Of a DNA stretch of 64,000 nucleotides, positions 12,599 to 24,989 are shown piece after piece (the first letter of the stretch is position 1; each line of letters begins with the position of its first letter). The notes beneath the pieces are model-generated. The model worked only from the letters and a program-made list of their open reading frames with translations, was not told the DNA's origin and made no database searches. This DNA is from Octopus vulgaris (taxonomy: Eukaryota), in the NCBI GenBank assembly GCA_951406725.2, contig OX597814.1, positions 135,904,001-135,968,000 on the forward strand. Reading direction: 5' to 3'. The position numbers and the translations under genes are program-made.

Positions 12599-12869
12599 CT
12601 GCAGTAAGTAGTAAAGACAAACGTGGATGAAATGGGATATAAATCATGATATAAAGAGACAAGTGAAGCTATAAGATATAAAATTCTTAAAATAAGTCAA
12701 TGTCACGTACATATAGGGAGATGCTAGTTCTGATATTTCAAGCAGACCTCTGCCTGCTGAAGTTATCTTATTTTATGTATTTACTTATTTATTATCTATC
12801 ACAACATTTCTGTGGTTTCCAGATTTCATTGTTCAATTACATATAATAAAAGTAGATTTCTTATCTGTT

Positions 12870-13078
12870 ACTTGTTTCAGTCATTAGACTGTGGCCATGC
12901 TAGGACACCACCTTGAATAATTTCTAGCTGAATGCATCAATCCCAGTGCCTATTTTTTTTTCCTTTTAAGCTTAGTACTTATTCTATCAGTCTCTATTGT
13001 TGAACTGCTAAGTTACAGGAACGTAAACACACCACCACTGGTTGTTAAACAGTAGTGGGGTATAAATACAGACATAAA

Positions 13079-13114
<36 letters not shown>

Positions 13115-13270
13115 ATGGGCTTCTTTCAGTTTCAGTCTACCAAATTCACTCAGAAGGTTTTGGTCAGCCCAAGGCTATAGTAGAAGACAATTGCCCAAGG
13201 TGCTACATAGTGGAACTGAACTCGGAATCATGTGGTAGAGAAGCAATTTTCTTACCATACAGCCATGCTT
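12870..13270 (-). mobile_element. tRNA-derived SINE with internal (TG)n and LINE-derived 3' tail; abundant family (also ~19585-20035 +, 29005-29340 -, 41025-41370 -, 45640-46005 -, 53470-53810 -)
   Basis: Head GCATGGCTGTRTGGTAAGAA..GTTCAGTYCCAC..CCTTGGGCAAGTGTCTTCTACTATAGCC; tail CAGCATGGCCRCAGTC..ATGACTGAAAC. Confidence 0.85.
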
Positions 13271-13572
13271 TTGTCTAGATACAACAGAATTTAAAAAAAA
13301 AAAATATTGAGTTTTTAAAAAAAAAATTATGAACAAAAGGTATATATTCTAAATGAGAAGGAAATGCAAATATGACATTCATGCCTCTCTCAAGGGCTTG
13401 ATTAAGAAGATCATTTTGTAACCATGTGGTTTCAGGTTCAGTCTTACAACCTGGCACCTTGGACAAGTGTCTTCTTTTATTATTCTGAGCTGACCAATAC
13501 CTTGTGAATGAATTTGGTTGACTGAAACTGTATGGAAGCCCTTCATATGTATGTTTGTTTGTGTGTGCGTGC

Positions 13573-13615
<43 letters not shown>

Positions 13616-13627
13616 TATGTGTGTGAA

Positions 13628-14496
13628 TATGTCTGAGGGTGCTAAATCTGGTGAATAGGGCAGGTGCAGAAGTGATACCATGTGGTTTTTGGTGAGAAAC
13701 TCTCAAGTGAGGAGAGCTCGGTGACAAGATGCTTTTGCTGAATATCCTCCCTCAAACACTTTAAAACGTTGCAGTAGAACTCTCAATTGATCCTCTGGCC
13801 CTGGGAGATGAATTCTCAATGCACAATACCACATTTTCAGGGTTGATGCTCGTAGTAGGTCTTCCAGATCACTCATCGTCTTCCAGGGATGTTCTTCTGG
13901 TTTTGAAGCATTTATGACACTCAAAACATTGCATACAACCCATTGCCTCATCACTGTAAGCTTGCTGAATTATGCTCAATGTCTCTGTAGCAGACTGCCC
14001 ACATTTAACACAAAATATCACGTTGGCTCTTTGTTCCTGTCCATGACAAAATCGCAGACTACAGTATAGATGTGATCACGGAAACATAAATTTCACAACT
14101 TAAGGTGGCGAGTGGGCAGGAATGTTAGCACACCTGGCAAAATGCTTAGCGGTATTTTGTCTGCCGTTACATTCTGAGTTCAAATTCCACCGAGGTCGAC
14201 TTTGCCTTTCATCCTTTCAGGGTCGATTAAATAAGTACCAGTTACGCACTGGAGTCGAGGTAATCGACTCAATTCCTTTGTTTGTCATTGTTTGTCCCCT
14301 CTATGTTTAACCCCTTGTGGGTAATAAAGAAATAAGAAACATAAATTTCACAACTTGTGAAATAAACACAGTGAAGTTACTCAGTACACTGCCTCATGAA
14401 GGTGATTATTAGCTCTCACTGAGTGCACAACTGTGTGCTGCCATCTGTTGGTGTGCTACAGAACTAGTCCGGCAACTTTTTGATATCACCTTCGTA
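13628..14496 (-). mobile_element. Mariner (DD34D-type) transposon relic with internal deletions and a nested SINE
   Basis: Minus strand HLPYSPDLAPSD; KTRRTSLEDDE*SGRPTTS; TIR-like TACGAAGGTGATATCAAAAAGTTGCCGGACTAG ending at 14496. Confidence 0.85.
14102..14335 (+). mobile_element. Meta-like SINE inserted in the mariner relic, 21-bp TSD
   Basis: Exact direct repeat GAAACATAAATTTCACAACTT at 14081-14101 and 14336-14356. Confidence 0.9.
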
Positions 14497-14762
14497 TGTC
14501 CAAGGCATTTTGTCTGATGTTCTAATGATTCTAAAGAATTTTTTGTAGGCAATGGTCAGGTGCTCTACAACTTTTCCAGAAAGGGTAAAAGAGGGGACAA
14601 GTAGCAGCAATATGTCAAATACAGAAGGAATAACAATGATATCTAAAAGGGCGGGACACAAGATAAAAATATCACGTTACTTTCCCTAAAGGAACCTATT
14701 TTGTTTATCTTTTGTGGATTCTTTGGATTGGAGAAAATAAACTAAAGACCATATAATTTTAC

Positions 14763-14805
14763 CTAAATTCCTCATCCTCTTCTCTAATCAATACAAATCC
14801 AGATC
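14763..14805 (-). CDS. Candidate 43-nt coding exon, unidentified gene
   Basis: aattgcag|GA TCT GGA TTT GTA TTG ATT AGA GAA GAG GAT GAG GAA TTT AG|gtaaaa; only one frame is open, (G)SGFVLIREEDEEF. Confidence 0.3.
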
Positions 14806-14887
14806 CTGCAATTCTATACCATATCAAATGCCATAATGTACCTACACCATTGTAAGAGAAATAGTGTGTGATGCCAAGTTTAAGTTT

Positions 14888-15197
14888 CATACTGTACAAA
14901 TTGCTGTTACAATAAGAGGACTGTCTGTGAAAGATTTCTCCAAAATAAAGCAAAACAAAGGAAGATAGATTACATTCACTCTCAGAATAGAAACACTTCA
15001 AAAGAATTTCAGTTGCCATAATGTAACTACAACATTGCAAAAGAAATGGTGTGATAGCTCTGTTTTATAGCATACCAATTACTGCTACAACAAGAGGACC
15101 GTCTGTGAAAATTCCTCCAAAATAAAGCAAAATAAGAGAAGATAGAAGATTATATTCACTCTCAAAATAGAAACACATTAAAAAAATTTTAATTTGA
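14888..15197. repeat. Diverged local duplication of ~125 bp (14888-15015 vs 15071-15197), each copy carrying a possible 27-nt minus-strand exon
   Basis: Shared AAGAGGACYGTCTGTGAAA..CTCCAAAATAAAGCAAAA..GAAGATAGA..ATTCACTCTCA.AATAGAAACAC. Confidence 0.85.
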
Positions 15198-15768
15198 TTG
15201 TTTCTAATAAATATTCCCATCATGCTTTCCATAAACAGTAGACTTGTAGCTGCCAATAATTTGGATGTTATGCTTCAGCGCACAGATTTGAATAAATCAA
15301 TTCTGGCCAAACAAACTGTTTCTGGTGCTATTTATTTTGATTAGACATTGATAGCTCTAAGAACTAACATCTATATCTAGAATACAAAAAAAAAAAAAGA
15401 CTCAAAAAAGAAGAAAGAAAGAAAGAAAAATGAATGAAGAAAATATAAACACAAAGCAAAAAATATTTAATCAATATCTATTAAGAAAAAATGTTTTACC
15501 ACAGAACTGACAAAACCTCTCCTTCAAATTGTTGCTGACAATGACAAATCGAAAACTTTATATCAGTAATTACATTTCTGTAATTCGCTATCCCATGCAA
15601 TAATTATAATATTATAACAAGTACAACAACAATAACAATGGTGTCTAATAATGGCACAAGGTCTTGAATTTGGGATGGTTGTGGGTGTCATCAATTCAAT
15701 TGATTCCAGTACTTGAGTGATGCTTATTTCACTGAATCTCTTCTTCACCACCACCACCACCTAAAGAT

Positions 15769-16308
15769 TTAACCCTTTGCGCCTGTCCAGCATATCACAT
15801 GTGCATCATATACAATACACATTCCCAATTTTTTTTCCAACCATCAGAATAACTTGGAATCTATGCAAACGTCGCCCTTATCAAGCCTAGCCAGGCTCAT
15901 TAGTCCAGTTTCCCGGTTTCTGTGGCATATGTGTTCCCCCCCCCTCCCAGCTGGACAGGATGCTAGTCCATTGCAGCGTTACTCAAGAAACAGGAAGAGA
16001 GAGTGAGAGAAAGTTGTGGCGAAAGAGTACAACAGGGGTCACCACCATCCCCTGCTGGAGCCTCGTGGAGCTTTTAGGCATTTTCACTCAATAAACACAC
16101 ACAACGCCCAGTTTGGGAATTGAAACCGCGATCTTCCAACCGAGAGTCCGCTGCCCTAACCACTGGGCCATTGCACCTCCATGGATCTAGGAAAGGAAAG
16201 CTTTATATTACTGAAAACGTAGGAAACAGGGGCTAACTCTAAGCTTGTGAACAAGCATTGACGTTTAGGACAAACTTATGAAAATGCTTTAGACAGGCAA
16301 AGGGTTAA
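15769..16308. mobile_element. TTAA-flanked (piggyBac-type) MITE containing a nested minus-strand SINE (~15875-16180)
   Basis: TTAA|CCCTTTGCGCCTGTC ... GACAGGCAAAGGG|TTAA; inverted copy without the SINE at ~58020-58258. Confidence 0.75.
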
Positions 16309-16544
16309 GACAAAGTTGGTTCTAATTTGAAACTTGGAACATAAAGGAATGTAACTAAATACTGCAAGCTATCTTATCAGAAAATCTACCAATCTTGCTG
16401 TCCACCATCCTAACAAAAACAGCAACAACAATGACATTACCATCAGTGATTAGAATAAAGTAATAAATATAAAAATGAATATTTTATGTTAATCAATAAC
16501 AATATACTTAGTATAACCAGATTCCCTATTAACACCACTGCAAC

Positions 16545-16723
16545 CATCACCACCACCACCACCACCACCAGTGCTGCCGCCCACCTCTATTAGCATTCTC
16601 ATCATCAAATACATATTCATCACCACCAACATTGCTGCAAACTCCCTCACCTAGATACATCCACCAACGCCCATTACTACTACTACTACTGCTACTGCTG
16701 CTACTACTACTACTACTACTACA

Positions 16724-16764
<41 letters not shown>

Positions 16765-16765
16765 A

Positions 16766-16816
<51 letters not shown>

Positions 16817-16885
16817 GTCACCACCACCACCACCACCACCACCACCACCACCATCACCACCACCACCACTTACCACCATCATCAT
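16545..16885. repeat. (CAC)n/(TAC)n compound microsatellite
   Basis: Seen directly. Confidence 0.97.
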
Positions 16886-17464
16886 TTGTCTGTTAGATAA
16901 ACTATTTTTAAACATCTCATCATATTTAGACAGTTATTATTGATTATCACCTGATCTTTCTTTCTTTTTTTCTTTACTCTTTCTTTTACTTTTCCCGTTT
17001 TAAACCGATGTTCTCTATAAAATAGAAGGAAACATTTCAGGAAAATGGAAAATGAAATGGAATAAAATTTACAGCTGAAACCAGTTTATACATCAATTAT
17101 TCTCCATGCATAGGAGTCAAACATCATTGTGACATGAATTCTAGATCAAACTGATATAGTTTAATCAATTTTCTCATTCTTCTCAATTTATTGCCAGTCC
17201 CGACACTAGCTTAGCTGTTGCTACAATACAAATGTGGACCAATGTTAGACTCTCAGCTTGTGTACTGTACAGTAAACTCCTGCTAATCCAGTACTCAGAT
17301 AACTGGAACTCTCAAGCATGTGGAATCCAAGAAAAAAATAAATGAAATAAAAGAATTTGTGTTGTTAATTAGAGTCAAGAAAATTTGTACTAATTTGTGT
17401 TAATTAATTTTCATTGAAAGAGAGAAAGTTATTGTTGCTTCTCAAAGTAAGGTTAAACTAAAGT

Positions 17465-17708
17465 TTCCTTCTTGAGTCGTGCCAACTCTTAAGGGCTGGT
17501 GTCCCAGTTTCCATGGCATATATATTCTCAACCTGGACAGGACACTGGTCTGTCACAGGATTACTCATTTTTGCCAGCTGAGTGGACTGGAGCAATGTGA
17601 AATGAAATGCTTTCCTCAAGAACACAATGCATTGCCTGGTCCAGGAATTGAAACCACAATCTTATGATTATGAGCTCAACACCCTAACCACTAAGCCATG
17701 TGCTTCCA
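17465..17708 (-). mobile_element. tRNA-derived SINE with V-domain-like body (family also at 22430-22665 + and 27612-27855 +; related 27035-27330 +)
   Basis: GGCTTAGTGGTTAGGG..GGTTTCRATTCCTGG..GTTCTTGAGCAAAACACTT..TGCGACGGACTGGTGTCCCATCCAGG. Confidence 0.8.
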
Positions 17709-17744
17709 CCTTCTCCAAGTACAGTACTGCAATTTCTTTCTTTT

Positions 17745-18110
17745 TTATAAGTCCTGAACAAGGCAAAAAGCCACTTAGTGTAAGGGACTATGAAAAAGGA
17801 GAAATTAAGATGAAAGGAATGAATTTAAATTTAAACTTGAAAGAGTTCAGGTTATACGAAGGGGGAAAACAATGGGATGATAGAGAGTTCCAAAGTCTGG
17901 CAGTTCGAGGAAGAAGGCAATGACTAGAAAAAGTTCCTTATCCATAGAAGCATAACAGCATTTGGATGAAGACACTGTAAGTTTCAAGTCAGCTGAAATG
18001 GTACAAAGTGATATGGAACTAAGAGAAAAAGTTCATTAGAGCACTTCCTGCAGTAATAACAGGAAAGACTAAAATTGTTGACATCATGTCTGTGTGACAA
18101 TGGTTGCAGA
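17745..18110 (-). mobile_element. 3' fragment of a CR1-group (Zenon-like) LINE
   Basis: Minus strand FLPRTARLWNSLSSHCFPPSYNLNSFK followed by a short UTR and A-rich tail. Confidence 0.65.
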
Positions 18111-18344
18111 GAGGGACCAATCAAATTAAAGATTTGCTTTTGAATCTGGTTGAAGAGATCCAAGTGACAAGTCTTGTGTTGATAGTACTAAGATGGTTGT
18201 ATGGCAGTGTAATTGTGTGGTGTATTTTAGTGGACTATGTGTCACACTGATGTTATGTAGTCCTGATCAAGCTGACCTATGATCAAAAGCATTCGAACCA
18301 TGACCTTCTCATCTATTTTCAGACATAGTGTATCTAAGGCTATG

Positions 18345-18660
18345 TTTACAAAGTCAGAAAACAGCACAGCTCCCATGACTTTTGGAAACATTTTTTCACG
18401 CTAAGAGTTGCTGAAGCATGGAACAGACTGCCGGCATCAGTTGTTAGTTGTCAGAGCACTGCATCCTTCAAAACTTCCATGCTTCCTGAGATTCGCCAAC
18501 ACTAGACCTGATTTCCCCCTTCCATACACATGCAAGCATGTATCTGACTCATACACTGTTCGCTTTCCAGACATTTGTACATTACTGCATATACTTTATA
18601 TGCACTTTTGACAAGTTGTGGTGCACCTGAGCACTGTATACAATAATTTCCTTATTATTA
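18345..18660 (+). mobile_element. 3' fragment of a CR1-clade LINE
   Basis: KVRKQHSSHDFWKHFFTLRVAEAWNRLPASVVSCQSTASFK, then 3' UTR ending in (ATT)n. Confidence 0.8.
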
Positions 18661-19815
18661 ATATTACATATAATTTGTGTTGTATGATGTCATGTGATAT
18701 ATTCAACGGTTAGTCCAGGGTGTGTCTTTAAACTGCATCCAATAATGGGGTCTTAGTTTGGAAGTTTCAGGGTTTTGATGTGCACGGGACCACTTTTTAT
18801 CCACTACAGTTCTCTGGTCTACTCTGACCAAGAGCAGTAGCACTCATTAAGGTCTCAGCTATGGATTAATTATCATGCTGGTATTGTGGAGTGCAGAGAG
18901 CAAGAGGAGGCAAGTAAGATGTCTTGATCGTCCACTCTACGTATCTCCATCCCCAATTGTTTTGGCTTGGTCTTGCCATTGGATCGAGTGAGGTTTATGG
19001 CATGCAACTCTTCTTCACTTTAAACAAAGTCTGCATAACTCATCAGTCACCTTCCATTCCTTCAAGATGACTGAACGATCCTGGCTGCTTCAACAGACTA
19101 ACATGTATTGTATGATAGTGTTGTATTGTATTAAAGCTTATGTGTTTATGTATTGTATGATAATGTTCATGTTCTGCACTATTGTTGCTGATGTTGTTTA
19201 GCCCCTAACTAAGCCCTAATTGAGTACATCTATAATCAAAATTATTTCACCTGTTGTTTCTAGCAGGGCAAACGACCATGTAAAGATTCTTGTGCAGGGT
19301 AAGACAGTGTTGGTATTATAAAGTAGTTAAGTTGCCATGTGAAATTGTTGATTTATAGTATTACAGTAATATGAGAAGTAGAACAGACATTTTATTGAAA
19401 TTCAACTTCAGTGAAGTCATATAACTTGGAAATTGTATTCAATAGCATTATATACATGTTAGCTTGTATCAATATAATGACTCATTTGTGCAAGGTCTGT
19501 TATATAAATATATATTACAACCATCTATTCTTAGTAACAGACACTAATTCCATCATAACAAATGCTCTTGTGAAGAGTTCAGTCATGGCTGTGTGGTAAG
19601 AAGTTTCCTTTCCAACTACATGGTTCCAGTTTCAGTCCCACTGTATGGCACCTTGTGCAAGTGTTTTTTCAACTATAGACTCAGGCCACCCTAAGCCTTG
19701 TGAGAAGATGAAAACTGAAAGAAGTTTGTTGTGTATTTATACCGAAACAAGTTAAAAATAAAAAGATATGTGTATATATTTAGGTGTGTGTGTGTGTGCG
19801 TGTGTTTGTTTGTTT

Positions 19816-19849
<34 letters not shown>

Positions 19850-20041
19850 TGTGTTTGTGTTTGTGCCATCCCCCACTGCTTGACAAATGGTGTTGGTGTG
19901 TTGGTTTGTTTATGTCCCTATAACTTAGAGGTTCAGCAATAGTAACTGCAAAAAATATGTAACAGGCTTTAAAATAATTAATACTGACTAAAACACTTCA
20001 TGGCCACAGTCCAATGACCAAAACAAGTAAAAGATAAAATG

Positions 20042-20105
<64 letters not shown>

Positions 20106-21000
20106 GAAGAAAATGAAACGTTCATGGAGATACGAGTAACTGATGATGAGTAAATACTGAGCAAGGGAAGATAATCTGTAATAAGTCATTGTTTCTAATA
20201 ATGAACTGGAGATTTGTGAGGATTAAGAAGGGGTGAGAAATTACCACCATCATTTTTTTTTCCATTCTAGTGAGGATATTCAGCAATTTATTCAAATGTC
20301 GTGATTTGCTGGAATGTTGCTCACATGATCAGTGAATCTGGCCAATTGCAATTTCACTTGGGAAGAATATTGCCCACATGATTAACAGGATCTGGCCAGT
20401 CACAACTTCACATGGAATAGGTTCCAGCACCTTATATCAGTCTTGGTATCTTCCTTTCTGAGTCTCATTATAAAAGCAACACATGTGACCAATATAACCA
20501 GAGAGAGCTTTGGGCGGTAGCAGAGACAACTGGCAGACAACATGGTGAGCAGACACAAGCAGCAGCTGAATCTAGCTAATATCATCATGACAAACTTTTT
20601 GTAGCAATGCAATGACTAGCAGTAACTTTTCTATACTATTTCAATTACAATAATATCAAAACTCAATAATATTCAGAAAGCACAATAATATTCAGAATCA
20701 CAAAGCACAATAATATTCAGAATCTCTCAATCTGAAATAAAATTTGTTTGTAAAAACCTAAACAGAAATGCAACTTATGCATAGCAGAAAGATCTCATAC
20801 TCTTCTTAGATCCAATAATTCCAACACACTGCTCAATTCCAGATATGAAATTTTTAGCAGGTGTAAATACATGGACAATTTTATTTTATTGTATAATGGA
20901 ATGGAAGGTTTATGATACTTGTGGAGTATCTCTTCCCCCCATTATAATCATTTTTGTAGTTTCAAGGAACTGAAACAGGTCACCAATTTTGTAATATCCA

Positions 21001-21994
21001 TGTGAAGCGAGGTGACGAGAATGGCTCCTTAGTACATCACACAGTTGATACAATAAATAGAAATAGAAATAGAAAAATGCATATATGTGCCAGAGGGGAA
21101 AAAGAGACACAATCGAATAGAATGTTTAAGAGAAGATTTATTGATATGTTAACATGTGTGATTGTGTGTGTGTTGTGTGTCATATATACAGAATAATAGA
21201 CAGGCCATCATAAGAATAATATGTTTGCATGTGTATGTAGGCATAGACATATACATGTTAAGAACATATAAGGATGGCGATGAAGAAGAGACAGTGAAAG
21301 AGTCTATAGCCATCGAAGTGAAGAGTAAGTTCATAGACATAAGAATGATAAATACCAGTTAGTAGTCAATTGTACACGATAGTTGAAATATTGTATCAAG
21401 AAGTTGCAGCCACGATACAGAGCTGGTTGTGGTACATGTCGTACATGAAGTTGTGACTAAGATGCTGCTGCCTGAGTCACTTGGTACAGGAGTTCTTGCA
21501 GGTTGTATATTTGCAGTTGATCCATGATGAAGTAATTCATGAACAGTACAGTGTTGTAACCAGGGTGAGTTGCTTGTTGAGTTGTGTATGTAGAGAGATG
21601 TTGACGTTAGGACGAAGTTGGTGAGTCTCCATGTGGCTGCTGTTGTGTTGTTGCTGGAACTGGTGGTGTCTTGTGTGGTCAGTGGCTAGACCTTAAAAGG
21701 TCTGGAACTGAAAGACGTCAGGACGATGAGAAGCTGGGTTTTTATGAGGAGTTGTAGATTCAAAACTGAGTTGAGAACAGGCTGTCACAAGTGACCTTAT
21801 TTAGAGGCTTTGATTGGTTATACGATGCATATTGGTGCGATAGAGTAAGAGACAAATTGTGCCAATACCAACCAATCAGAGTAGTGGACACAATGGGGAC
21901 TAAAATGCGGCCAAAGGCTAGCAGTTATCTACTACGTTTGTATGTATGTATATATAATAGAGAGGAGAGGAATGTCACTCGAGTGTATGCTACA
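21001..21994 (-). mobile_element. Solo LTR, 994 bp
   Basis: TGT...ACA ends; flanks ATCCA (20996-21000) and ATCGA (21995-21999) form a 5-bp TSD with one mismatch. On the minus strand, CCAAT boxes (~21813-21835), CATAAAAA (~21739-21746) and AATAAA (21137-21142) lie in LTR order. Confidence 0.7.
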
Positions 21995-23018
21995 ATCGAA
22001 TTGGAAGATACCACCTGCTCCAGATTGAGTTGCTATCTTGCTGACTTTGAAATATTTTCTGTTATTTTATTCTATACCAACTGTATTAATTGTCGTTTCT
22101 GCAATCAGGGAGGATGGTGATCTTAGTTTTCTTGATTTCATTTCATTCTTCTCATTCTATTTTTTGCGTGAACCTTCATGTTCTCTTCAGGTTTTTCTTA
22201 TTTTCTCACTGTCCAATGTCCTTCTTTTTAAAATATTTATAACACATAAACAGAGTCTAAAAGATTGCTTGGAAATAAACGGAATATTTTATAAATATGC
22301 CTAGTTAAAGTATCATAAGAGTATGAAACTACTAGTAGCTCTTTTGATTGTACATTAAATTGATATTTATCTCTCACTGAATGAAGTACTTTTTTTGTTG
22401 ATTCTACCTATATTGGATCTACACACACATGGCTTAGTGGCTAAGGTGTTGAACTCATGATCGTAAGGTTGTGGTTTCGATTCCTGGATCGGGCAATGCA
22501 TTGTGTTCTTGAGCAAAACACTTCAATTCACCTTGCTCCAATCCACTCAGCTGGCAAAAATGAGTAATCCTGCGACGGACTGGTGTCCCATCCAGGTGGG
22601 GAATTTCTACGCCACTGAAACCGGGAAACCGGTCCTTATGAGCCTGGCATGGCTTGAGAAGGAACAAGGAATGCACGTGCACATACACACACATACACAC
22701 ACACACACACACACAAATGAATAATATAAGATGTGGATTCATGGCTACCACAGAAAGCTCTTCTTATAGACTAGAATAACAGTCTACATAGTAATCTAAA
22801 AGAGAGAAGTATAACATAGTGTCCATGCATCTGAAATTGTAACGTTTTGAGCGATAAAATTATTTCATCAGGAGTATACAGACCATACAGAAAATGTTAT
22901 CATTTTATTGTTTCTGTTTATAAATATGTGTGTGTGTGTGTACACACACGCACACACACACGTGCACGCACACACACACGTGCACGCACACACACACGTG
23001 CACGCACACACACACGTG

Positions 23019-23056
<38 letters not shown>

Positions 23057-24269
23057 AAGCTTTTTTTTAGCTTTTGTCAACCAAATCCACACTCACATGG
23101 CTTTGGTCAACCAGAGGCTAAAATAGAAGATAGTTGCCCAACGTGCCATGCAGTGGGATTGAACTTGAAACCATGTCTGTGCCTATCATGTTTAAGAAAA
23201 TTAAAATGATTTCGATGTAATTGCTTAATTTTAGAATGACCTCAAATAGTTGATGTGAGAGGCTAGATCTCACCTGTTTTAACATACAACAGGTAGATTA
23301 TTTGAGTTAGATATGGCTAGTTTAAATACTAAAGAGTTGTAGCACATCTTGACAAAAAAAAAGGGGGGGTGCAAATCCACTCACCACACAAACATACATT
23401 TTTACACAGTCATGATGGACTTCCACCGTGATTTTTGCCTACCAAATTCCAGCAAAAAAATGCATTGGTTATTGAGGCTACATTAAAAATACTTGCCTAA
23501 ATTGTGATTATAGAGTTAGTTTTGCAACCTTGTACATCTAGTTTCAATCTGAACTCTTTAATCACGCATCTGGAGATTTATAAACAATGATTTTTGCTTA
23601 CCAAACTCCAGCCAAAAGGCATTGGACAGCTTGAGACTACACTAGAAAATACTTGCCCAAGTTGTCATAGAGTTGGATTGAAACCAGAAGTACAACATTG
23701 CAAAGTTAACTTTTTAATCACGCATCTAAAGAGATTTATAGACTAAAATGCCTGACTACCTAATTTTGTTTTGCATTTATTTGCTCAAGATAACATGGAT
23801 TAGATATTTACATGCAATATCAAGGGAAATATTTTACCGTTGGATGCACTTACGAAAAGCCATTCATGCAATAAAATATTGTACATTCGCTGTGAAAGTG
23901 ATTTTTGTTTTTGTTTGATTATTGTTTTATTGATGGAAGTTTTAAAATGATGAAGAACTGATCATACAAATCTTATAAAAGGTGTAAACAAACGTAAACA
24001 GGTGTAACTGATTGTAAGGCAGTGTATTTTGGTATATGAAAATATTTATTCACAAACATTACATCTTAACATTTTTTTCTGAATCTCTACCTGAATTAGT
24101 TCAGGTACAAATATGTTGGGCAGTGTGTAAGATTGCTTGAATTGAAGTGTTAGATTGTTAGTTGTTTGCAGTATGTGGCATGATAGAGGTGAAAAGGTAT
24201 GCTTGAAGTAGTAGTAGTAGTAGTAGTAGTAGCCAGATACTGGTCAGAAGTAGTGGTAATATATTTTGT

Positions 24270-24880
24270 TAGCAAGGTTGCAAACTGGCAGAATCATTAG
24301 CATGCCAGGCAAAATGCTTAGCAGCATTTTATCTGTCTTTAAATTCTGAGTTCAAATTCTACCAGAGTTTACTTTGTCTTTCAGTCTTTCAGGGTCAATA
24401 AAATAAGTACCAGCTGAGTACTGGAGTTGATTAATAAGACAGCAAGCTGGCAAAATTGTCAGCATGCTAGAGAAAATACTTAGTGGCATCTCATCCATCT
24501 TTATGTTCTGAGTTCAAATTCTGCTGAGGCCTACTTTGCCTTTCATCCTTTCAGGGTTGATAAAATAAATACCAGTTAGGCACTGGGGTCAATTTAATTG
24601 ACTTAACCCCTTCTCAGAAATTGCTGGCCCTGTGCAAAAATTCAAAACCAATATAGTTTGTTAGTTCCTTAAAAGGCAGTGAGTTGGCAGGATTGTTAGA
24701 ATGTCAGACAAAATGCTTAGTGGCATTTCTTCCAGCTTTACATTCTGAATTCAAATCATGCTGAGGCTGACTTTGACCTTCATCCTTTGAGGGGTTAATA
24801 AAATAGACACTGGGAGTCAATGTAATCAACTAGTCTCTTCCTCACAAAATTTCAGGCCTTGTTCCTACTGTAGAAAATAC
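24270..24880 (+). mobile_element. Three head-to-tail Meta-like SINE copies
   Basis: Repeated CTGGCAGAA..AAAATGCTTAG..TTCTGAGTTCAAATT..TTTCATCCTTT units. Confidence 0.85.
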
Positions 24881-24989
24881 ATTTTCTTAGTTTCTTGCTG
24901 TGGCTGCTGCTATTGATGGAGTGGAATTAACAGGAAGATAGCTTTTGCCCCACAACAAGGGCCAAAGAAAGTATTATCAAAGAAAGTAT

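Noticed and set aside
12700-12765. Possible extra minus-strand exon (GRGLLEISELASPY)
   Set aside because: Weak acceptor context, and phases do not bridge the neighbouring candidate exons.
22430-22500. tRNA gene-like sequence with A/B boxes
   Set aside because: It is the head of a multi-copy SINE; no complete cloverleaf.
22945-23055. Regular ACACACACGTGCACGC repeats (also 26393-26490) as a CRISPR-like array
   Set aside because: Direct tandem repeats without unique spacers, in eukaryotic DNA.
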